DNA of 64,000 nucleotides from assembly GCA_965645245.1 (NCBI GenBank), contig OZ287078.1, forward strand, positions 992,001-1,056,000, written 5' to 3'. The stretch comes from Massalongia carnosa (Eukaryota). The notes beneath the pieces are model-generated. The model saw only the letters and a program-made list of their open reading frames with translations. It did not search any database and was not told the DNA's origin. Below are positions 21,476 through 34,707 of this stretch, piece by piece (positions within the stretch are counted from its first letter, which is position 1; each line of letters starts with the position of its first letter). Position numbers and translations under genes: made by a program.

Positions 21476-23410
21476 ATGACCCGATCAGCGGTTACAGGCT
21501 CGGCGCGCTTCAGACAACGAAAATTATCGCCCCGGCAGATCTTGCAAATCCTCAGGGAAGATCAGGTCGATAAGGTCGACGATGAAGCTCAAAGAAATGC
21601 ACCCAAGGTCGAAACCGGTGTGGAAAAAGGCGAAGAGATTGTAAGTCGAAATTTGCTTAGTCACCCGCATTGCGTCTCGCGTAAATTCCCTAAAAAGATC
21701 ACCCTCACTGACAACATTGTAACGTTAGGAACACCATCTTCAAGCGGCACTATCAGCCTCTCAAGCAGCCGTCGTAGGAGGAAAGGTAGCCCAGATTTTT
21801 ATTCCAACCCCCGAGACAGTCCAAAGCTCCATCCAATATGACCGGCTATACCCCTTATCCTTTAACCAACCGGCCACGTACATTCGCTTTTCATCCACTG
21901 TAGAGGACTGTTGCGGCTGCCCGTATGATATGAACGAAGAAGACGAGGATTTTTTCAAGGCATTAAATAGTACGAGAAGAAACGCATCAACGCAATGTTC
22001 GGAAGATCAGTTCGAAGAGGTTATGAACTTCTTTGAAGAAACCGCGCAAGCAAAGCAGCCTTACGCGGCCGTAGACAGTCCTCCCGTACTTACTTATGAA
22101 GAGATGGAAAGCTCGTTTGACGAAACAATCGATGATCTTGCAAGAGCATTTGCAAAAGACATATATGAGCATTGGAAACGCCGTAGACTCGAAGTCGGCA
22201 ACCAATCGCTCATAACCGGTTTGAAGGTACACAGAATTGTGTCCATGCATGCTGAGCATTACTGACAGTCTTCTAGTTTGAGACTGGAGCAGACACTGAC
22301 GACGCCGACCCGTATGTTTGCTTCCGGAGACGCGAAGTTCGTCAAGTTCGCAAAACACGCGGAAGAGATGCCCACAGCGCCGAGAAACTCAAAAAGCTCC
22401 GGAAAGAATTAGAAGAGTCAAGACAGCTCCTAGGCCTTGTGAGGCAAAGGGAAATCACCAAACGTGAGCAGCTAGCAGCCGACAGGCAATTGTTTGAGCA
22501 ACGAGCAAGTCTCCGGCAGTTAAAGCAAAATCTTCTTCCAGAAAAATACAAAGAGGGAGACGAAGACCTTTTGCTTACCCAAAAGGTATGTTTGAAAACT
22601 TCAGAGACCACGCTCCTCAAAGTGCATGCAGAGGCTGACTCCGAGAAGCCTCAAACTAAAAAGCCGCTGGAAATTTCAACCCAGCGTGCACCTAGTTCAC
22701 AACTTAGAGCACCCCAACGACAAGATGGCAGACCCTCAGAGGAGTATCTGATTCTTTTATCAGATCTCCTCGCGGACCAGGAGACTCAAATTCAACAGCG
22801 AATTGAGATAAAAATTGCGCAGCACGAGAAATTCAATGAAGGATACGTTGACTTGACAGGAGCGCCGTTAACGCCTCCTTTGGAGGAGAACATGAGGTCG
22901 ACCTTTCGAACAGCGATGACGGAATACTTACCCACCCCTCCAGCATCGACAACGTCGGAGCATTCAGGTGAAGTTTTTGCTGATGCAGGATCGCCCTTGC
23001 AAGGAAAAGACGACTCGATTGCTGTACGTTATGCCTCGCCATCCTATGATGGGCCCTGCCAAAGTCAGCCTTCATTCCGACGTAGAGTCGGGAGGGGTGG
23101 GCGATTGATCATTGACCGTAGAGGCATGCGTTTGGAATCCAAAGAAGGGCTGAACGACAAAGTCGTTGATCGCTTTAAGTTTGACAATGATGATGATGAA
23201 GACGAGGTGCCAGTATATGTAGCCGAACCATATGATATCTCAAGCATGCGCTACCGCGCAAAGATATCTGGAGCATACCAGGGTCAATCTCAAGCGCAAG
23301 CCGCCATAAGGCGCCCGCAGCTTGAAGGGGTTCCAACAGACTCACAAGGAAACGCTCTAGTTTCAAGTGCTAGATCGATGAATCATCAACGACAGCACGT
23401 ACCAGATTGA
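21476..23410 (+). CDS. EPL1: Enhancer of polycomb-like protein (NuA4 histone acetyltransferase subunit)
   Basis: ARFRQRKLS, VETGVEKGEE.EHHLQAA, YIRFSSTVEDCCGCPYDMNEED, DPYVCFRRREVRQVRKTR and FRRRVGRGGRLIIDRR motifs; three introns. Confidence 0.94.
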
Positions 23411-23799
23411 TAGACGTAAAGTGGTCGAGTATCCTTTACGACACCTAGATTCCGCGGTTGCGGATGGCAAAGGTTCCGATTCCATTGATCGCCACCAGGT
23501 CGCGAAGACAATGAATCTGCAAATTTTCTCCAATCAAGAAAACAATCCTCTACAATCCTTGAAGGAACGCGACGTCCTTCAATGGGGTAGCGCACTACCT
23601 AAGATATATTTAAGCGCCCCCTGATGAGCCTTAGGTAATACCCGGACGCCGAGTAGAAATGGAAGAACTGTAGCCATTATGTTTAAGGTGCCTCGAGTCA
23701 CTCAAACTTCATTCATCGATGGTGGTAGAGGACAAGAGTAATAGTCTTTATTCTCTAGAAACCCATAATTAGTGCCCATTTGAGTAGCGTGTAAGCTGG

Positions 23800-25366
23800 T
23801 CATAGTTTTCTTCTCTTGTTTGATGCTGTCTTTATATTTGGTAGACTCGGTGAGACAATCTTGACCAGTGGATGCAGTTCCTGAATCCTCATCTCGAGGT
23901 AGGCAAGAGCTGCTTCTAGAATTTCTTTCTCTCCAAGACGCACCTCAACGGCCATCCTTAACCGAGTCTGCAAAGTGGGATCTTGGAGCACTATAGCGTC
24001 TTCTATGATCGATGTATTGTAATCTTTGAAACGTTGAACGATAATTTGCTTTAGCGATGAAGCTATAGCTAAATTAAGTGGCAGTTCTTCCGGCGCTTGC
24101 CTGGCTTTCTTGGCCAATTTAAACGCGTCTTGCTCCATTGTATAGACGTAGATAACAAGAACCAAGGGCCTGTCGAACTCGAAAACCTCACTTGCTTGAC
24201 GGTGAAGGTCATATCCGTCTTCCAAAATATCCCAATCTTCAATTAATTGGAGCTGCGGTAGTAGTCAGCAGTCCTCTCAGCGGAATTCTGACCTCAGGCA
24301 AGCTCACCCTCTGATTTCTCTCACTATCTTTCAGGTTGTGATGCTGACTCGCTATTTGAAGTACCATGTTCCTATCAAGCTCCACCACATCCCACTTTTT
24401 GGAATTATCCGTAATGTAACCGTATCGTCGGAGCAGATCTGACCTTGGTCGTCGACCATAATCGTTAAATATTTCTTTACCTTTTTGGATCGCTTTAGAA
24501 GCTATCATGGCCATTGATGTTTCTTGATGTAGAAGTTGCGCCTAAAGTTATAAGGAATCTCACTAAGAGAATAGCGAATTAACTTACGTTCACCATTTCC
24601 CCATCAGCATTGAACATATCTGCCAAAGGAATCATGCCTTTGGGCACACTGTATGAGGTTGACAGATCATCATCGCCGTCTTCCATAGAGTCCTCGTCTT
24701 TCTCTAGATCAAAAGCATATGCCATGATCAAACTTCCCATCCTATGGGCAATCTCAAGCAAAACTTCTTCAGCTCCTGCGCTGGCAAACGCTGTGGCAAA
24801 CGCTTCAAAGAGACCTGCATGATTTTTAATGATAGGAAGCAAAACCTTAATGAACGATTGATTTGCGTCGTCCTTGCCAATCTTTTCAACAACGAGGCAG
24901 CCTCGGAGCTCCGCCAGCTCAACTGGTGACCAATACATCAGTGTATCGAGTTGTGTGGGAAGGATTTGCAAATATGGCCACCATTTGGATTTTTCTTTTA
25001 GACTAGCTTCATATATCATCACAAGGATAAGGGACATCCACGGATCGAGTTCCTTGAAGTCCTCAATTATGCGCCTAGGTAGATCCGAGTTTTTGATGGT
25101 GAGCAGGTCTGTGTGATGAATTGAGAAGAGCTCTTCTCCCTCTTGGATATCCTCCAAGGCAACTAAAGAAACTGTCAGCATGCTTAACAGAAAAGAACAA
25201 GTGAACTGGCTTGTGGATCTTCTTTACCTATTCCCCTACCGGCTTTGCGACATCTCATATCAGCTATCTGAATCTTTGGACTTACATTTGCTCCCTGTAA
25301 ATTTCCCAACCATTTTAAGAAGTTGGAGGAGTCAATCTTGAACTTATCAAGAAGTAAGGTGGGCAT
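23800..25366 (-). CDS. RKM4: SET-domain N-lysine methyltransferase (SETD6/Rkm4 type) with Rubisco-LSMT substrate-binding domain
   Basis: GRGI/VALEDIQEGEELFSI, WMSLILVMIYE..SKWWPYL, HRMGSLIMAYAFD, GMIPLADMFNAD, EIFNDYG..PRSDLLRRYGY, RLRMAVEVRLGEKEIL. Confidence 0.88.
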
Positions 25367-26044
25367 CTTTCCTTTCGAGGTACCATAGAGGCAGAGCACA
25401 GGAACGGGAGGTATGTAGGTTTAAAAGGTACTTGGGTGTGGGGGGACGGACGGTGCTTGTGCGAAGCGAAAATAACATACTAGACGACAAGCTCAGGGTC
25501 CTAACCACCCTAACTATCCTTATCGACCAATCATATCATTATTTTCTGTATAAATTACATGGGCCCTACTTTTCAGAGCCTGAGAAAAAGATATCAGTAC
25601 TTTTTACTTGATTTACTACGTACTTCCTTCAAAGGAAACATTGCATGGTTTGACAACCAGCGATATTTGCTTCCTACAATTTCCGTTTTATGTTGGTAAT
25701 AGCTCTTTTAAAATCCATATAAAATCAAATTTCTGTGATAATATGAGAAATGCCGAGATGAGGTCAAGAATAATATATCAACCTTAGTTATTTGGAAAAT
25801 TATACCAAGACTGTATCAGTAGGCCCATCTAGAAAGACGTGCACAAATTATCGATATCAAGATATCTTTCAGACCCCTACGGCCGCAGATCCATGCGCCT
25901 TTAGAAACACGCGTAGGCTCGATTTTTCATCTTAACGCCCTGAAAACACTATGACTCGCCATCCCTCCACCAGCCGTGGGTTTTTTAACATTGTATCTAG
26001 GAACACTGGCTTAACCTTTGTAGCTTTTACTAACAGAAAAGCCT

Positions 26045-27836
26045 TCAAGCAAGAAAGTCGTCAACCGCAAAGCTATCGTCGTCTCCATTGGTTAGGAATG
26101 CGAGGCCCCTATTGGTATCAAAAATCTTACGGTTAGGCCTGTGCCGTGGTGGCGATTGCTGTTGATTATTCTGAGCGGGCTGCTCGAGGTTCTGTGGCTT
26201 AACCTTCTGCTGTTGCTCAACCGTCGGCGACTGAAAACCTGGCAATTGCACACCGATCGGTATCGTCGGCTGTTGCAAATTCTTAGTCGAGTCGACAGTC
26301 CCCTGGGTGGGCCGTTTGTTATTAAGGTTTATTTGCTGTTCAAACACCGACGGCGCTGGTATAATACTCCCCGAAGATGGCCCTCCAGAAGTTGGTATTG
26401 ATTCGCCAGCTCCAGGGGTTGGCTGTTTGAAATCTAAGTTCGGTTGCTGCTCAAGCCCCGACGGCATTCCAGAACTCGGGGTTGATTCGCCAGCTCCCGA
26501 AGATGGTGGGTTGATATTCAGATTCGGTTGCGGCTCAGTATTTGGTGGCCCAACAAGCTGGTTTGTCGTCGGTGACTGAATCAACGGCTCCGGCTCGCTC
26601 TTGGGAGACGAAAAGTTTGGCAATTGCACTCCATTCGTCGATGGTAGCCCATTCAACGGTGGCGTTTCGTTCGCCGGGGGAGTTTGATTCGTCGAAGGCG
26701 GAGTCTCATTCGTCGACGGCGTTTCATTCATCGGGGGAGTATCATTTGTCGAAGACGGGGTCTCATTTGTCGAAGACGGGGTCTCATTTGTCGAAGACGG
26801 GGTCTCATTTGTCGAAGACGGGGTCTCATTTGTCGAAGACGGGGTCTCATTTGTCGAAGACGGGGTCTCATTTGTCGAAGACGGGGTCTCATTTGTCGAA
26901 GACGGGGTCTCATTTGTCGAAGACGGGGTCTCATTTGTCGAAGACGGGGTCTCATTTGTCGAAGACGGGGTCTCATTTGTCGAAGACGGGGTCTCATTTG
27001 TCGAAGACGGGGTCTCATTTGTCGAAGACGGGGTCTCATTTGTCGAAGACGGGGTCTCATTTGTCGAAGACGGGGTCTCATTTGTCGAAGACGGGGTCTC
27101 ATTTGTCGAAGACGGGGTCTCATTTGTCGAAGACGGGTTCTCATTCGTCGGGGGATTTTGATTCGTCGAAGGCGGAGCCTCATTCGTCGGGGGAGTATCA
27201 TTTGTCGAAGACGGGGTGTCATTCGTCGAGGGAGTTTGATTCGTCGAGGGAGTTTGGTTTGTCGACGGTGTTTCATTTGTCGGGGGAGTTTGGTTTGTCG
27301 ACGGTGTTTCATTCGTCGGGGGAGTTTGGTTTGTCGACGGTGTTTCATTTGTCGGGGGAGTTTGGTTTGTCGACGGTGTTTCATTCGTCGGGGGAGTTTG
27401 GTTTGTCGATGGTGTTTCATTCGTCGGGGGAGTTTGGTTTGTCGAAGGAGGGGTCTTATCCGGTTGGCTATGAGTCTTCAAAAGATCAATCCCTGGCCCA
27501 GTCACACGCAATGGCCTAATCTTCGGGCGATAAACGTCCAGCTGGCATTGGCAAGATTGGGACCCAAGATCTGTGCAAAGATCGTTGACAACGGCGGCTT
27601 TGGCGCAAAACGTTTTCTTGTTCGTGGGACCCCCCCGTCTTGTATAGTCGCATGTCACACACCGTCTTGGGGAGTAACAGTCCTGAGCCGAACGCAGGCG
27701 ATATCAATTTCTGGGAATCCGGAAGCAGCGGGCAGCGACAAAGTGAGCAAGAAAGACTTACTAAGCTGGCGGCGCACTCTTGCGAACTCACAAGGCTACA
27801 TAAGAGCAGTATTATACACGTGGTGATGGAAACCAT
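26045..27836 (-). CDS. Secreted Cys-rich, mucin-like repeat protein (~570 aa)
   Basis: Exon 1 (27836-27762) encodes a signal-peptide-like MVSITTCIILLLCSLVSS. A GTAAGT..CAG intron (27761-27683) joins it in frame to the 26045 ORF: 8-Cys domain, then STNETP/STNQTP repeats, then a P/Q/G-rich tail. Confidence 0.8.
26742..27445. repeat. Coding minisatellite: 21-bp unit x 19 plus an 18/36-bp variant array
   Basis: TCATTTGTCGAAGACGGGGTC repeats near-perfectly over 26742-27140 (SSTNETP on the minus strand); alternating STNQTP/PTNETP units run to about 27445. Confidence 0.97.
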
Positions 27837-30639
27837 GCTTGAAGGTAGAATTCTCGAAGTTCGAAACATTGAAGACTGAAGTTTTGAGAGAGTTGGGAAA
27901 GTTGGGATAGAAAAATGATTAGCTTGTGAGAGGACTCATGTTTATGTAGCATGTCCATTCTACTACCTAGTTCATACCTAGCCCAATGGTTGTCCCGTCT
28001 GAAACCAAAATACCAGAATGCGGGACGTTTCTTGGATCGATAATCGGCGTAGCGGACGTTGGGTATGTTTCCGCCCTTAATAAACGAGTGTTTGGTTTGT
28101 TAGTCGCATGCAAGCGTCGGAAACATTCTGGAAAGTCATCCGTGGGTTCATCCAGGCAGACAATGTTCGGACAAGCTGTTTTCTTCTAGTCTCGTGAGCG
28201 GACTATGGTTTCAAAGTATTTTGGTCCGTCCTTGGCATTCCAATGACTTCTCAATGAAACACTTACCACACGGAACTGTGTTATAAAGCGATGCTTGATT
28301 CGTTTTTGGTCCAGCTGGAATAATATTATATTCAAAGGAATTGATATAACTAAAAAGACCGGTCGCATTTCTATTAACGATGATAATACAGGTATCAAGA
28401 ATCTCAATCGAATAAGAGGTCTGACAATCACCATTAATCTAGGCCGGTCACATTGATAACCGCATTTCCGGCAAGAATTCCTGCTAGTGGCTGGTGTCCT
28501 TACCTTTTCGCCATCTCTTGCCTTGGGTTTCCTTTACCTTCATTCCGGGGAAATGGGTTGCTTGACTTATTGTTTTGTGTTTTGGGCTTGTTGTCTCGAT
28601 TTATTGCATCTCATACTTTTAGCACGTGCTTGCTAAACAAGGCCTTCAACGCTGTGACCAACGCGGGGACTTTGATAAATGATAGCTTCAACTCCAAAAG
28701 GGGTTGGAAATGATCTGATTTGCTTGAAGATCTTGGCATTAGCATGCTAAAGTATGGAGAACGTCAGAAACTCAGTAGTGATGACGGATCCTGATAGATT
28801 GGCAGAAAGCAATGTCAACTAAAAGAGGAAAGCTTGACAAAAGACGTTAACAATAGCCTAAAGTAGCGAGTATGAAAGGGTCTAGAACATGGACTATTGA
28901 TGCCAAGAAAAGATACTGCAGCATACTCTCATCTAAGCCGTAATATGGGTCATAAGCTTGATATTATTCAGGAAACTGTCAGCTCCAGAACCAACTAATC
29001 AGATATGGCGCCGTCCCTATTCTTAATTGGGGTAACCAAGACCAGTCAAAATCCTCGTGCAGATAGTCAATATCACAAGGAATAATGGTGCTCTTTCCGA
29101 TAGCTCTAGTGCAAAGTCTGCATCGAGCCTATTCAAAGAATCTGGATGCGTCTAGGGTAGAGGTCCTTCACTTGAGGTATCCAAGTATGGAGAATAGATA
29201 TTTAAAAAAGTCTTGTCACAAGGTGATCCGAAATCTTCCAGTACTAGCAATCTTCTCGTATTAGCTTATCCTCTTTACTATACAAGCATGGCCCAGGGTT
29301 CCCCTGATAACCATCCTTCGATTATCACTAGCGGATGTCTTTATGGATCTATGAAGTATGAAGTGCATTTCCCCTAGGGCTCTACGTGGCCTCCCACAGT
29401 AGATAACCTTTATCTCGAGTTCAACGTCCATTTTTCTCTTCCGTCCGGTGCTGTCTATAAATCTTGCTTGGCATTGACCGGTAGTTTTAGTTCCATTTCA
29501 TTTCTCGAATACTAAATAGGGCAACAAGCTACACGACTGCCAATGCCCGCAATGTCGCAAATGGACCGGTAGTTTTATTTGCCCTTGTATTGGAGTTATG
29601 CCGTCCCAAATCACTTGGCCTACGTCGAGTAAACCCGATACAGCCACCTCCTCTCCACAGGGGATCAACTTACGTCGAATATTCCTCTTCGCCAGGTTGC
29701 CTTCTTGGGTTTTGCAACAAGTGCGGCGGCACGCTCCTTTGGCGTTCTGAGAAGGATCCTTAGGAGGTCGGCATCATAACAGGAAGTATTGACGAAACTC
29801 TGCTGATAGGCAGCAATGAGGGCTGCGATGGTTCCCACCAGGGAAGAGAAGGGCTGGAAGTCGGTAAAGCGTTGTGTGAGCCTATTACCGGTCATTTGTG
29901 GTTTGCAAATACTGTCAAGCTTGGGGGAAAATTCTTTGAAGGATTGGAAGGACCAGTATTAGCATGAGAAACCACTCAGGCTCAGAAGCCTGGCTTTTCT
30001 AATTAGAGCTTAGTTAAGAGAAAAGCCGACAAGAAGAATATCATACTATTAGCCCTTTCCATTATTTTGCAAGGTTCGATTTGTTTCTATATTAGTTGAA
30101 TGAAGCTTAACAGCTCTAGTTCTTGGAAATGCAGAGACCTATATCAAGATCCGGTTTGTAGAAATGCTAGTGACTCAATACCCCTATTGAAGGATACTTC
30201 GTTGCGGGGACACAAAGGGTAAAGAAGATTTTCGGTTAACTAGATAAAGTTGTCGAGGTTGAGAAGGGGTTGTGTTTTTGAAGATATGCAAATCCATGAT
30301 TTGACGTGCTAGAAGCCTTGAACAGGGGGAATTTGACGCTAGACCGGGATTATTGACGAATCCCTAGCGCCGCCTCGATATCTGTGAGTGTCCACTCTGT
30401 ACATTACACAGAGTACTCTATACGTTTCGAGCTTAACTGTTACCAAGTTACCTTTTCATCGTGAAGCAACGCAGAGCCCTAACATCTACCCTGTCTTACC
30501 CATCAAAAACATCAAAACCCGCAGTCCCCCTCATTTTGGAATCGCATTATTTGCTGAACCCTCTAATTTATATATAAGCGTTGAATGATCTATTGCAAGG
30601 TTTTTGGATTTTAGCTGTTCGGCTGGTGGGCGTAGCAGG

Positions 30640-32259
30640 ATGGGAAACAACCCTTCGAAGCCAGAGAGCAAGGCCGTCTCTTCACCTGTAGCAAGCCATT
30701 CATCAAGTTCTTCCACAACCAATTCACAGAGAGAGCCGAGGTCATTGCCCCTCTCGGCGAGAAATGCAAATGCTCCAACAACATCACAACCGTCCACACA
30801 TCGCTCACAGAACCATTCCCTTTCGAAGTCTCATTCACATTCGCCCTCAAACTCGCACTCTAATCCTAACCCTTACGTTTCATATTCTCCCTCGCAGCGC
30901 AACCACCAAGACGACCGAATGGGTAATGAGCAATCACGGCAAAAAAGGAAAGACAAGAAGGAGCAGTCCACGCCGGTGAGGGTACCACGAGGAGCTGACC
31001 CCAGGCGGCAACGAGGCCCAGACTCTCAATTCGAACCTTCGGGTCCTCCCCGCGATCCAGATTACATCCCGCATTCCAACCTCAACTTCCCCCCTCGTCT
31101 ACCTCTTCCAATTGAAGAGGAGGTCCATAAACCAGGCTCCCCTATCACCCCCTCAGGTTTCTCGTCGGCATTGCATGAGGAAGATGTCGGAGTTCCCCTG
31201 GTCCGGCAAGGTTCTGGGCTGAGCAGCACTACCGTTGACGACGATGATGTTGGAGATGAGCTCCAACCATTTCCGCTGGATAACTCGAGAAGAACGGTAC
31301 CAACCGTGGTCAATTGGAAGCAAGGTGGTGAAAAGGTCTATGTGACAGGAACTTTTACCTCATGGAATAGGAAGTTTCGTATGAACAGAGAGTAAGCAGC
31401 GTCTCCTTCACGTCAAAACTAGCTCGCTCTTGGAATCTGCAGCCATCCTCCGTGAGACGCAGCCTTCCGCAATCCTCGAATTTTTGCCTGGTTCCCCATT
31501 GCTTAACCCAACTAGGCATTATTGTTGCTCAGTTTCAAGTACGCCGCAGGTATGCTGATCGAAGGTGAATTGTAGCCCCGCTACGAACGTCCTATCGACT
31601 GTGCTTCAACTACCTCCAGGGACCCACCATGTCAAGTTCATTGTTGATGGGGACATGCAGCTCTCAAAGGAGCTTCCAACGGCGGTCGATTTCACTAATA
31701 TACTGGTAAACTACATCGAGGTAAGTGCTGATGATATACCCAGGGAACCAGCCAAAGAGTACAAGGTTCCTGAAGGCCTCTTTCCTCCACAAGTGCTTCC
31801 TCAAGAGATTGAAACCAAAGATCACGAGCCATCTTTGGTTGGCAAGTCGCAGGCCATTGAGGGCGAGATACCCTCAGTCCCACTTTATTGGGGCGACAAC
31901 ATACCTAAGTACCTCCAGGACTTTGGTCTTCCTGAGCATACGAGACGTTATCAGCGTGCCGCTCGAGGAGTTAAGGGATTTTCTACACCGCCGAGCTTGC
32001 CGCTTTTTCTTGGAAAGTCAATACTGAATGGGACGACTCCGATGAAGGATGACAGCAGCGTTCTAAACATACCAAGCCATACTATATTAAATCATCTAAC
32101 CACCAGTAGCATCAAGAATCAAGTCCTTGCCACAAGTGTTACGACACGCTACAAGCGAAAGGTGAATTCACTTTTTCTGCCGACTTACTCCATTTTGCTG
32201 ATACATTAAAGTATCTTACCACTATCATGCATAGGCCCATAGTGGACGACGGTGATTGA
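30640..32259 (+). CDS. GAL83: SNF1/AMPK kinase beta subunit (Gal83/Sip2 family)
   Basis: N-terminal MGNNPSK; glycogen-binding domain VNWKQGGEKVYVTGTFTSW..LPPGTHHVKFIVDG; ASC domain PPSLPLFLGKSILN..HTILNHLTTSSIKNQVLATSVTTRYKRKYLTTI; two introns. Confidence 0.93.
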
Positions 32260-32558
32260 GCTGTCATCATTTTTATTTTTCACATAGCATACTAACCGAC
32301 GTCTGGCTAACAAAACATTCGTCATGCAATGAGGCCAAGAAAATGGACCATGCTCACCGGATGGGCTGAACGAGTTCCGGCATATTTCCTACCAAACCCC
32401 TTTTTGTTTCCACCTTGAATTGTACAATCGAGTGATTGGAAAGCAGAACGTCAAAGTTAGATAGCTGTATTGCATCTGGCATGGGATGGAAGCCTATAAT
32501 AACGCAGGTACGGATAATAGGGGCACAGAGATCATGAGCTTAGCGATATAGAGCGTTC

Positions 32559-33684
32559 TCAATCTCTCCATTTGATCCAGACATCATCGGTCCTAAATCG
32601 TTGGGTGCAAATACTTTCTTCTAAGGGTGTTCTGAAACCTGTCCGAAAGGCCAGCAACCCCGCATGCGCAATCATGATCCCATTGTCTATGCAGAACCTT
32701 TCGTCCGTTGCAAATACGCTTCCTCCCCGATCTCTCGCCATCATCCCCATCATTTCCTGCAAGCGCTCGTTGCATCCCACACCGCCTACGATCAACACTT
32801 GGCTCGACCCCACATGCGCCATGGCTCGCTCGGTAGTCTCTACCAGCATTGCAAAAACCGTCTCCTGCAAGCTGAAACATAAATCCTCCCTGGTGATGAT
32901 GTCTCCTGACACGTCCTCCGTCCAGCCAGTGGGATCCCGAAATAACTTCTCCGCGAGTATGTCGATGCTTGCCAGGATGCCCGAGAAACTACAATCCATC
33001 CCCTTGACCGTATACGGTAGGTCTAGCAAATGCCTTCCCTTCTTTGCCATCTGCTCAATATTATACCCTGGTGCAGGATCGTTGGAAATGTTCAGCGTGC
33101 GCGCAAATCGGTCAAGGCAGTTTCCAACGGCAATGTCCAGGGCTTCCCCAAAGATTCGATACCGCTGTGAAGCGTAGGCTATGACCTGAGTGTTCCCGCC
33201 CGACACGTATAGTACTACCGGATTTTGCGCTCCGGTGATCTCCCGACCCATTTCGATGTCTGCGGGATGTCTCTCAGCGTGTGCTTCCATTTTTGACACG
33301 GATAATTTCTATGTCTGTAGACGCACGTCCCACGCAGTGATTCACCCCCACCATTTCCTTGTTCCATAGTAGACTCAGCATGCGCGCTGCTACCGCCACA
33401 CTTTGCAACGGAGCGCCCATGCCTGGGCCTTTGGTGTAGCAAATGCAATTTACATCCTTCACCCCGACGCCGGCTTCCGCCAGAGCTTGCCTGACGAGCT
33501 GGACGACCCACGATCGATGGTGCTTGGCTGTGTCTTTAGGAAGGAACCCTTCGCCGGGCGGGGAGACGAAAGTGTGACGGATGTTGGCGAGGATTTGAGC
33601 ACGGCCGCCGTCGTTGTTGGAAGGATGGAAGATGAGACCGACGCCTAGCTTATTCGCTGAGCCTTCGAGGCCGAGAGCAATCAT
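32559..33684 (-). CDS. KAE1: tRNA N6-adenosine threonylcarbamoyltransferase (KEOPS subunit)
   Basis: [76 protein letters not shown]; one intron. Confidence 0.97.
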
Positions 33685-34707
33685 TGTTGTGAGAATTGCG
33701 GGAGAATAGTTTTTCGAAAAATTAGATATCCTATCATGCCCGTCCTAGCCTACTGGTGTAGATAGTATACGTTATCGATACTTAAGGATGGAGTTTCCTG
33801 GACCAATCGGATTATTACGATTTTTATCCTCATAATTTTACAAGTTAGTCTGCGCAGGGGCAACATAACTAGCTGACACCAATTGAGTTAGATATTGATT
33901 TATCAAAAAAACTAACACAGAATAATGTATTTGTGTCTAAGGAATTATTCATGTACATTGACCCAGCGTGCGCATTTTCCTATCCCTAAATCTGAAGTAT
34001 TGAGGGAACTCTTCGGATATTACATGGTTAGTGACCATAGCTTGTCGAAAGATCTCGCACGTCATCTACAGAGGTCAATTAGCAGATGCATTGACAGAGC
34101 GAGCAGCAAAGCAATTCTCCCACCCCTTGAAACAGACCGATCAAACTCAGCAGAGCCAAGAGGCAGCCAGTCTTCCGCTACAGGAATGGACGCGTCAGCT
34201 TTGTTTATCTTCCCGCTTTATAATGTGTGGGGAGTTGTGTCTAATCGGACGAGATATGTTGTGACCTGCTCAGGCTTTGGTTTGGCCATCATTGTTTTGA
34301 ATCTTTGTGAAGGTGCAGTGATGACGACAACTGTAGCTTGAGGACGAAGCTTGCTCTTGACTGCTGCTACTAATTTCATGCAGTATACCCGCTCTTTCTT
34401 CCTTATGCCATTAGTCTGCGCTTAACTGCTAACCCCCCCAACAAAACCCTTATGTCTGGCAACACGAAGTTAAGCTTTGTATTTAAGCCTGAGTCTCCAG
34501 ACTATCATATAACTGTTATACGGAGCAGACCCCAGGCGTCTTGAACAGGTCAAGGGAAATATGTGTATCACCACCCTCACCAGAGATACTACCTTCAACC
34601 GTTAAGGATCACGAATGTAACAAGTAGTGCAAACGCGCATGGGGCAAAGTAAATATTTCTTCTTCCAACATACCTGTTCATTGACCAAGGCCTGAGTAAA
34701 GAATATT

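Noticed and set aside
26742..27140. CRISPR-like appearance
   Set aside because: Head-to-tail repeats with no spacers, inside a eukaryotic ORF.
26542..27826. Long alternative-frame ORFs with SHLSKTG, RRRGLIC and RQMRPRL repeats
   Set aside because: By-products of a stop-free 21-bp repeat; only the STNETP frame links to a signal peptide and a Cys domain.
32572..33177. Antisense ORFs over KAE1 (and similar ones over PEX3, AOS1, BDP1 and RFX)
   Set aside because: Shadow frames of conserved genes with no independent coding signal.
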